A stretch of DNA of 64,000 nt from a virus (taxonomy: Duplodnaviria; Caudoviricetes): IMG/VR virus record IMGVR_UViG_3300032226_000905, positions 1 through 64,000 of that record. One strand, 5' to 3'. The notes under the pieces were generated by a model, which searched no databases, was not told the DNA's origin, and worked only from the letters and a program-made list of their open reading frames with translations. Positions 57,356 through 64,000 of this stretch are shown here, one piece after another. The translations under genes and the position numbers were made by a program. Within the stretch, counting starts at the first letter, position 1; each line of letters starts with the position of its first letter.

Positions 57356-58586
57356 TTCTATTCATAGACACTTCTGGATCCCATTCTTTACAATATTTTT
57401 TACGATTAGCACGACCTTCTTTGGTATTTGGATCATAGTCAACCCATGAAAACTCTGTGCCATCACATTCTGGGCAGTGACTATTGTAATCATCATCTTC
57501 ACGCATATCGCTACGCATACCTACCCAACCGCATTCTTTGTTATCACAGATAGCATCCACGGGCTCGGGAGGTTGATTGACCCATGAGCTTGTGTCCCAA
57601 TTGTACCCGCTCCAGGTTTCTACCCCAGCGATTGATTTAAACTTGCCGTGTTCCCATTCACCAAACTCTGTGCCATTCCAATATGCTGTGCCATATGTTG
57701 TTCCGTAACTTTTCCAAACACAGCTGTACCAACCTTCTATTGTAGGTTTGACTTTTTTAAACTTAAAAGTTTCAGACTTTTCCCATTCACTTGGACTTGT
57801 ACCAATTGGGGGATGTCCCCAATCCTTTTCTTCGGGCTCATAGCGTTCAAAATTTCCTTTGTCGTCGATGAGGCGAACCATGATCATGTCCGAACTTTTT
57901 CCGTCGGTACTGCCACCGTTGTTGTCGATCTCTTCTCCGTCGTACATCACTGAGTTGATTATTTCTTCACCGTCTACTTCGTCATAGTAGAGTTCTAGTT
58001 TTTCAATATCAAACGGTGCTCGTAGTTCAAACTCTCCCTCAAAGAATGTTCCTTTCTCGTTTGAACTACCAATAAACACCACTTCGCCTTTTTTGCGCAT
58101 ACCAACCCAAATTTCGTCTTGACAGCTCCAGGCTGGACTCCCATCACCACCATCGCAGTCATCAAAACTTTTTTGGAAAATTGTATCGCCGTTTTCATCT
58201 TCGATCTGTACGGTTCCGGCGCTTCGACTCACTCCATTGATGTGTGCCATATTATCTGTTTCATACCACTGTCCGGGTGTAAACGGTAACTGATCTAGAT
58301 CCAAGTCCATTTCTTCTTGAACAGTGTCTTCATCGCTCCAGGCTATTTCCTGCAGGTCTACCGAGTTCTCCATACAGTAATCCCAGACCTTGGGATCTAC
58401 TGTACCCATGACTTTTTCGCCACCATAACCCCACATCGAAATCTTGTAGGTTCTAGGAGTGAACTTTAAAACTTCAATGAGTTTTTGTTGTTCGGCTATC
58501 TTCTGTACTTCTAATTCTTCGGAAGTTGGCTCCGGCGCATCGCCTGGCGAAAAAGGCCAAGAGCCTTTAGGATTAGTGGTTGTCAT
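57327..58586 (-). CDS. Acidic hypothetical protein with C-terminal Zn-ribbon
   Basis: CDNKEC...CPECDG. Confidence 0.65.
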   Translation of the reverse strand: MTTTNPKGSWPFSPGDAPEPTSEELEVQKIAEQQKLIEVLKFTPRTYKISMWGYGGEKVMGTVDPKVWDYCMENSVDLQEIAWSDEDTVQEEMDLDLDQLPFTPGQWYETDNMAHINGVSRSAGTVQIEDENGDTIFQKSFDDCDGGDGSPAWSCQDEIWVGMRKKGEVVFIGSSNEKGTFFEGEFELRAPFDIEKLELYYDEVDGEEIINSVMYDGEEIDNNGGSTDGKSSDMIMVRLIDDKGNFERYEPEEKDWGHPPIGTSPSEWEKSETFKFKKVKPTIEGWYSCVWKSYGTTYGTAYWNGTEFGEWEHGKFKSIAGVETWSGYNWDTSSWVNQPPEPVDAICDNKECGWVGMRSDMREDDDYNSHCPECDGTEFSWVDYDPNTKEGRANRKKYCKEWDPEVSMNRIVKSYEESQ

Positions 58587-59050
58587 ACATATTCTCCTTC
58601 GTTTGCAATTTTAGATGTTGCCTTTTGTTTTGAATTACTTTTACTTCGAAATGTTTTTACATCATTGATAGCTGATTTAATGGTCTCTGAATAATTCAAT
58701 GCCTGTTGTTCGGACATAGTGATAGTGGTTTCAGTTCTGACGTATCCTCGAGTCCATATCTCCCAGGTCATTTTAACACGACGAACAAACCCATTGAACA
58801 GATCTTTCCAAAACCAATCCCATTCCTGCACCCAGATAGTATCAATGTCATAGCGTTTTTTTACTGATTCTGACCAATAATTAGATTTAACTATGACGTA
58901 GGCATTGACATTTACTCCAGTGTCGCCTGCTTCAACTTCAAAGTCGATGTCGTGATCGGGTTGACCGCAACCGCAGACTACTTTATAAAACTTTGAATCA
59001 CCGTATTCGCCGGTCTTCATGATGCCTTCTGCTGGAGTTTCTACTTTCAA
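58583..59050 (-). CDS. Hypothetical protein
   Basis: 155 aa, CGC...H motif. Confidence 0.6.
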   Translation of the reverse strand: MKVETPAEGIMKTGEYGDSKFYKVVCGCGQPDHDIDFEVEAGDTGVNVNAYVIVKSNYWSESVKKRYDIDTIWVQEWDWFWKDLFNGFVRRVKMTWEIWTRGYVRTETTITMSEQQALNYSETIKSAINDVKTFRSKSNSKQKATSKIANEGEYV

Positions 59051-59292
59051 TGGTAATGTCCCTGTTCTGGTTTTAATTCTATTACTTTATCTCGGCTATT
59101 AGAAATACTGTCAATCATCTTATTATATTCGCTGTCGTCTAACACTGTTTTATAAATGCTCATAGATTGTGCGACAAGAATGGCTGCGATCTCAATAGGT
59201 GAGTGTCCTTTGTCAATCATAGAAGAATGTATGACCCAATAATCTTGATAGAGATTATCTAAATCAGTATTTGTATTTTTTTCGGCGTTCAT
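59047..59292 (-). CDS. Hypothetical protein
   Basis: 81-aa ORF. Confidence 0.55.
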   Translation of the reverse strand: MNAEKNTNTDLDNLYQDYWVIHSSMIDKGHSPIEIAAILVAQSMSIYKTVLDDSEYNKMIDSISNSRDKVIELKPEQGHYH

Positions 59293-59458
59293 TTTCGTCT
59301 CTTTCTTTTATTATTTGATGTCTGTATTCTCTCCGTAACCACCATTTAAACTTTTGAAAATATTCTCGTTCAGTGAGCCTATCACCATCGTGATACAGCA
59401 GCCGCTCTTCACAGTTCTCGACCCAAAGATGATGTATCCAGTGTCTAAATGGAGTCAC
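59264..59458 (-). CDS. Hypothetical protein
   Basis: 64-aa ORF. Confidence 0.5.
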   Translation of the reverse strand: MTPFRHWIHHLWVENCEERLLYHDGDRLTEREYFQKFKWWLRREYRHQIIKERDENERRKKYKY

Positions 59459-59460
59459 GA

Positions 59461-60276
59461 TTATGTCCAGAGGCTCTGACGTACTTTGATTAAACGAATC
59501 ATCATTTCTTCATCTTCTTGTTCGTATTGTGCTTCCAACTCACGGCTTTTGTCAAGAGCAGTCTTGCACATTTCGGCTTCTTCTGCGGTTTTATCTTCCA
59601 TATCGAGGAGATGATAACCTTTTTCACGACGTAGATTGCAGTAGGATGTCCATCCGCTGGCATCATGAACGTCTGGACGTTTTGGATAAACATCTTTCCA
59701 CCAACGATATAGTTCTAGTATTTCTCTAGCAGCCTTGGCCTGATAGGTAGGCTCAGCTAGATGCTTCTCACCATCTTCCAAAAACTCTTCGTTGGTTAGA
59801 GTCATTGCCCATTCTAGATAAGCAATACCTGCTTCAGGACAACGCCAGTTGCGATACCATCTGCGCCACCAAGGGTAACTATATTTTTTCTTATCTTCAT
59901 TGCTCCAGACACAGTAATGCCATGCCTGTTCTATCTCGACAAAATCCACAAGTCCATTAAAAAGGCAGGGAAGAAAACGATTTCCCACATCATGCCATTG
60001 GCCGGGAGCAATATCCCGAGGATGGGCTGTAAGAGCATGACTACGGGTAACCCAACGATTGTTGATATAGTAGCGTATATCGTTTAACCTTTCTGGAATC
60101 CAGCACCAAACATTTTGAATTTTATCCAAACCTTCTTCAGCGATCCACCAACGGATCGGATACTTGGCCTTAGCGGCCTTTTCCCATTCTGACCATTGTT
60201 TTCCTGTGCCGCACTTTAGCTTAGTGGTGCCACGGATCCAATCGGCAAATGGAGAGCATGTCCAATAATCTCTCAT
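59461..60276 (-). CDS. Trp-rich hypothetical protein (early)
   Basis: 271 aa downstream of consensus promoter. Confidence 0.65.
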   Translation of the reverse strand: MRDYWTCSPFADWIRGTTKLKCGTGKQWSEWEKAAKAKYPIRWWIAEEGLDKIQNVWCWIPERLNDIRYYINNRWVTRSHALTAHPRDIAPGQWHDVGNRFLPCLFNGLVDFVEIEQAWHYCVWSNEDKKKYSYPWWRRWYRNWRCPEAGIAYLEWAMTLTNEEFLEDGEKHLAEPTYQAKAAREILELYRWWKDVYPKRPDVHDASGWTSYCNLRREKGYHLLDMEDKTAEEAEMCKTALDKSRELEAQYEQEDEEMMIRLIKVRQSLWT

Positions 60277-60313
60277 TATAATTCCTTCTCAGACTTTGTA
60301 GTCGAACACTTTA

Positions 60314-60342
60314 ATTATACGATCTTTTAGAAAATCTGTCAA
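60314..60342 (-). promoter_or_regulatory. Perfect-consensus sigma70 promoter
   Basis: TTGACA-17-TATAAT. Confidence 0.8.
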
Positions 60343-60348
60343 GACCTC

Positions 60349-61017
60349 TCAATTTTGGATCAGACTATCAGCCATAGGAAATATCGCCGAAATTGCCTTG
60401 GCACAGGCCAACGCTATCAGCTGGTGTTCTTTCTGTGTGCCGTTAGCTGAACGCAGCTCAATAAAGTGTATCCATGAGCGTAGTGTTCCATTCATATACA
60501 AGCGACTTTCTATAAGGCCTTCTGGTAGAACAGCTCGGGCCTGTTCTTTGGCTATGCCTTTAGCGATAGCCCATTGATAGGCACTTCTTGCGTAGTCAAT
60601 GACCTGCTGTTGCTGATATTCCCAATCTCGTTGTAGGCGTTGATCATCCGTTTTGACTGAGTTCTGTCTGTTTTTTGGGTCTTGAAGTCGTGCTTCTCTA
60701 ACCACGAACGAGAGGTCTTGAGTAGGGTCAGCATATCGCTGACTGAATTCTTGAAAACTGAAACTTCTGTGTCGCAGGATCTGTCGGGCGATGTCTCTAG
60801 TAGTTTCGATTTCAACGCAGGCTGAGACCATTTCAAGTGGGCTCCAGTGTTGGTGTTTGACCAGGTATCGGATGAGTTTGTCTGATGTCTCGGTGTTAAA
60901 TTGGTTTGCGGGATTGCTGACACGGGCGCAATACGCAATGAGTTCCTGCGCATCTGTGATGCCCAGATCTGCAAATTCTGATGTTGGTTGTGAATAGGAT
61001 ACCAAACGTACATTCAT
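60349..61017 (-). CDS. thyX: FAD-dependent thymidylate synthase
   Basis: HWSPLE, RQILRHRSFSFQEFSQRY, AKEQARAVLP, LRSWIHFIELR. Confidence 0.95.
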   Translation of the reverse strand: MNVRLVSYSQPTSEFADLGITDAQELIAYCARVSNPANQFNTETSDKLIRYLVKHQHWSPLEMVSACVEIETTRDIARQILRHRSFSFQEFSQRYADPTQDLSFVVREARLQDPKNRQNSVKTDDQRLQRDWEYQQQQVIDYARSAYQWAIAKGIAKEQARAVLPEGLIESRLYMNGTLRSWIHFIELRSANGTQKEHQLIALACAKAISAIFPMADSLIQN

Positions 61018-61571
61018 TATTTTTCCTTTATAATAATATCAAAGTTTACCACAGACCTAGGATATTTTTTAGGAATACCTCCTCCATGATAAAGTGTGCC
61101 ATCGAATACCAGCACTCTTCCTTTTTTAGGACTAACTCGTTGGGTAATATTTCCCTGGCTGTCAAAAAAAACAGTATCTCCGTCGCTGTCGTTTAGATAG
61201 TATAGTACTACCATATGAGGAAAATTGCAATCCACGTGTGGTGCATAATGTTCTAATTTTGTTTCATAGGGCAGTATCAGATACAATCTTGCTAATATAA
61301 CTGCCTTGAGAATCCAATCAAAATGATCGCAGACTATCTGCGGTATAAGACCAAAATTTTCAAGATGCGAACTGGTCTGTGTATCTGATTTAAGGACATG
61401 CACAAAACTGATAGGATTACTTCCGTCCTCTAACGCTGTTGATTCGTACTTGACTTTAAAATCGATCATAGGATGCATAACTTCGTCATCCACAGAAGTT
61501 CGACCTAGAGTGATCAACTCAAAATAATCCTGCAGATGTTTTGGAATCAGATCATCAAATACTTGAATCAT
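61017..61571 (-). CDS. 2OG-Fe(II) oxygenase
   Basis: PHVD, YYLNDSDGDT, FDGTLYH, RSVVNF. Confidence 0.8.
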   Translation of the reverse strand: MIQVFDDLIPKHLQDYFELITLGRTSVDDEVMHPMIDFKVKYESTALEDGSNPISFVHVLKSDTQTSSHLENFGLIPQIVCDHFDWILKAVILARLYLILPYETKLEHYAPHVDCNFPHMVVLYYLNDSDGDTVFFDSQGNITQRVSPKKGRVLVFDGTLYHGGGIPKKYPRSVVNFDIIIKEK

Positions 61572-61574
61572 TGA

Positions 61575-62048
61575 TTATGTTTCTTTTAAAATCTTCATGA
61601 TCTTTTCTTTTTCTAAAAGATCTCGTTCTAGTTCCATGTATTGATTACGCAGTTCTTTTAACTTATCCCAACGTTCTTCTAGTTCTGGATTTGGTTTAAG
61701 TATACCTAACCGCTCCTCGATTTTCTCTATGGATTCGCTCAAACTCTTGCCGCCTATCTTGATATCACTACCAGGCTTCATATCAATCCCTTCAGTGGTA
61801 ATACTGACTGTGGAATCATTAGCAAAGTAGGTCGAATATATCGAAGATGTTCCTGAACTGGTCGTATAACCTCCTACAGTGGATCCAGGATAGTTACCAT
61901 AAGTTACTCTAGATGGCAATGATATCGTAGAGATACCACCGAGAGAATTATTTAAACTTGATACACTATACGAAGGTTGCGTCGTAGACCAATCGCTGAC
62001 ATTGATAGTAACAGTGCCGCTACCGTCTTCTATATTTTCTTCATCCAT
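61575..62048 (-). CDS. Hypothetical Ser/Thr-rich protein with coiled-coil C-terminus
   Basis: 157-aa ORF. Confidence 0.6.
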   Translation of the reverse strand: MDEENIEDGSGTVTINVSDWSTTQPSYSVSSLNNSLGGISTISLPSRVTYGNYPGSTVGGYTTSSGTSSIYSTYFANDSTVSITTEGIDMKPGSDIKIGGKSLSESIEKIEERLGILKPNPELEERWDKLKELRNQYMELERDLLEKEKIMKILKET

Positions 62049-62049
62049 T

Positions 62050-62610
62050 TTATTTGATTCCTATGATCATAAATCTTCGGAAACTCCAGTTAGGATAGGT
62101 AAACAGCTTTTCTCCGGTAAAAAAAGTTTCAGATAGATTAAATTCTTTAACAAACTCGTCTAAATTGCTATGGCATTCTGTGTGATCTTCGTGAGGCATA
62201 TCGTTGCTCTGCAATACTACCAAGCAGTCTTTGGGTATGTTTTCAAACCATTTTCGAGACTCGATGTGTTCTACACTGGTATTGATCACAGTGTCAAAAT
62301 CATCGATAGTGTAATGAAAGTCGTTGGCATCGCTAGTTATACTCTTGAACTGCCAGTCCTGCCATTCCCAAGAGTTGTTGATCTTATCAGCGATTTTTTC
62401 AACTTCGGGATCAATATCTAGGCTACGAAAATTTTTGATTTTCATTCGGTTACGAATTCGCAGTATGAAGTTTGTTAGACCATACCAACCACCTAGGCAA
62501 AGTATCTGTCTAGGTTGAGCCAGCAGATTGAGTTCTACGACTTTTTCCAGCGACTCAGCTAACCATACCTTGCTGAGAACTTGACCGCTGGAAAAAGCAT
62601 CGAAGTTCAT
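62050..62610 (-). CDS. Class I SAM-dependent methyltransferase-like protein
   Basis: LCLGGWYG motif I, SLDID, VINTSVEH. Confidence 0.6.
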   Translation of the reverse strand: MNFDAFSSGQVLSKVWLAESLEKVVELNLLAQPRQILCLGGWYGLTNFILRIRNRMKIKNFRSLDIDPEVEKIADKINNSWEWQDWQFKSITSDANDFHYTIDDFDTVINTSVEHIESRKWFENIPKDCLVVLQSNDMPHEDHTECHSNLDEFVKEFNLSETFFTGEKLFTYPNWSFRRFMIIGIK

Positions 62611-62611
62611 A

Positions 62612-62806
62612 TTACTTGGCCTTGGCTTCTTTGCGGGCGTTCTTTTCTGCTGTGATTTCGTTGCGGCGTGCTTTGATCAGTTTGGCAGCTTCTTGCAGAG
62701 CTTTACGAGCACGAGTACCTGCGGCTGAATTACCACCTGTGAATTTAGCATCTTCTGCTAGAAATGTTTCAAATTGAGTTTTTAGTTGTTCTACTGTGTT
62801 TGACAT
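62612..62806 (-). CDS. Histone H1-like protein (Hc1 family)
   Basis: KFTGGNSAAGTRARKALQE...RRNEI. Confidence 0.75.
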   Translation of the reverse strand: MSNTVEQLKTQFETFLAEDAKFTGGNSAAGTRARKALQEAAKLIKARRNEITAEKNARKEAKAK

Positions 62807-62849
62807 TTTGTTTTCCTTATAAAATGTGTCTAATACTTATCGTAGTAAA

Positions 62850-62960
62850 TGGTGTGGCCGGTAGGTTTCGAACCTACAAAGGCTACGAACTATGTCAGCG
62901 CCCCGTCCCCTTTCCGAACTATGGGCTCGGCGGGAGCTTTGCCAATTTGCTCACGGCCAC
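62850..62960 (-). ncRNA. Non-canonical tRNA-like RNA (111 nt, encoded CCA)
   Basis: Acceptor GTGGCCG/CGGCCAC+ACCA, D-arm AGC-AAATTGGCAAA-GCT, T-arm GTAGG-TTCGAAA-CCTAC; anticodon/variable region expanded to about 57 nt. Confidence 0.75.
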
Positions 62961-62965
62961 AGCTT

Positions 62966-62994
62966 ATTATATACTAAAAAAATACATAATGCAA
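62966..62994 (-). promoter_or_regulatory. Sigma70-type promoter of the tRNA-like RNA
   Basis: TTGCAT-17-TATAAT, 5 nt before G1 of the acceptor stem. Confidence 0.75.
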
Positions 62995-63067
62995 TAATTT
63001 TAAAAAATTTTTTAGGAAAATTCTAGCTAGATATATAGTATAGATATTTTATTTTTAAGGAAATCAA

Positions 63068-64000
63068 ATGAAACTAAAACTTTTACCATTACTATGTCTT
63101 TTTGGAATTTCTACGGCCTACTCTCAGGTTTCAGTATATGGTGTTATCGATACCAGTATCCAATCTTATAATAACGGAACTACTAGTTTTACTAGAGCAG
63201 CTGACAGTCAATACAGCACGAGTCGTTTGGGATTTCGAGGAACAGAAGACCTCGGAGGCGGACTAAGTGCCTTTTTTCAAGTGGAAGGTCAATTAAATCC
63301 TGCTACAGGTTCTATGGGATCTACTACAGTAACTACCAATGAAATTTTTAATAGAGACGCATACGTTGGTATCAAATCTCCCGTGGGATCTATTAGAATG
63401 GGACGAACTGATGTGGCTTTGGTAGGAGAGATGGATTTATTTGTATCACAATCTGGAAACTTTGGTATGCATCCAACTAACGGTACCAGCGTTGAATTGG
63501 GTACCGATCAAAAAAACGTGGTCAGATATGACAGCCCAGTTTATCGAGGATTTCAACTTATAGTAGGTCATGCTACTAATAATGTAGGAGCAACCACGGA
63601 TGCCGTAGCGGATCAAAATGGAGTCGCTCTAAGATATGAAGTAGGCAAACTAAAGGCCGGAGTAGGTCATCAGAAAAATCAAGGTGTAGGTGTGGCAGCA
63701 CGTGAGACCACGACTGCAGGATTAGCCTATGATTTTTCTATTTTGTCAGTTGGTACCGCATATGCAAGGGGTGATAATTCGACCACTACTGATGTGACTA
63801 GTTCGACATGGGTAACCTCAGTAAGGGTACCGTTGCAGCAACAGTATGCTGCACATGTCGTATATGCGCACAGCTCAAATGGTTCCAGCACTACTGATAA
63901 CAAAGGCAACGGTGTTACATTAGCAGTTACTAAAAATTTAAGTAAACGCACTGCATTGTATGGCGCCTATACCAAAGTCTATAATCAGACTAATTCATCA
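63068..64000 (+). CDS. Gram-negative general porin (betaproteobacterial type), truncated by window end
   Basis: Not in ORF track; signal peptide, QVSVYGVIDTSI, SRLGFRGTEDLGGGLSAFFQVEG, NRDAYVGI, RYDSP, NLSKRTALY; AAGGA SD. Confidence 0.88.
   Translation, partial: MKLKLLPLLCLFGISTAYSQVSVYGVIDTSIQSYNNGTTSFTRAADSQYSTSRLGFRGTEDLGGGLSAFFQVEGQLNPATGSMGSTTVTTNEIFNRDAYVGIKSPVGSIRMGRTDVALVGEMDLFVSQSGNFGMHPTNGTSVELGTDQKNVVRYDSPVYRGFQLIVGHATNNVGATTDAVADQNGVALRYEVGKLKAGVGHQKNQGVGVAARETTTAGLAYDFSILSVGTAYARGDNSTTTDVTSSTWVTSVRVPLQQQYAAHVVYAHSSNGSSTTDNKGNGVTLAVTKNLSKRTALYGAYTKVYNQTNSS

Noticed and set aside
60552-61013. 153-aa same-strand ORF overlapping thyX
   Set aside because: No recognisable motif or SD; best explained as an off-frame by-product
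62850-62960. Canonical tRNA-Met/Leu/Sec call
   Set aside because: No standard 5-bp/7-nt arm directly after the D-arm, C at position 33, and no tRNA-Sec stem geometry
1-64000. Stop-codon reassignment as in some large phages
   Set aside because: Long genes are uninterrupted under the standard code and TAA, TAG and TGA all terminate well-defined genes

Overview
About 64 kb of a large lytic T4-like (Caudoviricetes) phage genome, AT-rich, standard genetic code, genes densely packed and mostly on the minus strand. A Gram-negative, probably betaproteobacterial, host is inferred from the porin, KdsA, IscU/IscA and spanin genes. Left to right: (1) 7-deazaguanine DNA-modification cluster (glycosyltransferase, QueD-like T-fold protein, DpdA transglycosylase) beside the sliding clamp and family B DNA polymerase; (2) a block of Lys/Glu-rich proteins that look like capsid-targeted internal head proteins, including a GH19 hydrolase and a nucleotidyltransferase; (3) ClpA-peptide deformylase-DnaJ; (4) lysis cassette (holin candidate, spanins, GH19 endolysin); (5) PhoH, clamp loader, MazG-like pyrophosphatase, GroES, a DnaE fragment; (6) baseplate/tail-fibre genes including an S8 protease and a 2537-aa protein; (7) IscA/IscU/SOD, UvsE, glycosyltransferases, KdsA, QueD, ThyX, 2OG-Fe(II) oxygenases, Hc1; (8) a non-canonical tRNA-like RNA and a porin cut by the window edge. 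Best candidates for novelty: the 111-nt tRNA-like RNA with its own promoter, a preQ1-I-like pseudoknot in the queD leader, the tagged putative head polyproteins, apparently systematic leaderless late mRNAs, and twin hairpins in the polymerase leader. All calls come from reading motifs by eye; no database search or folding program was run.
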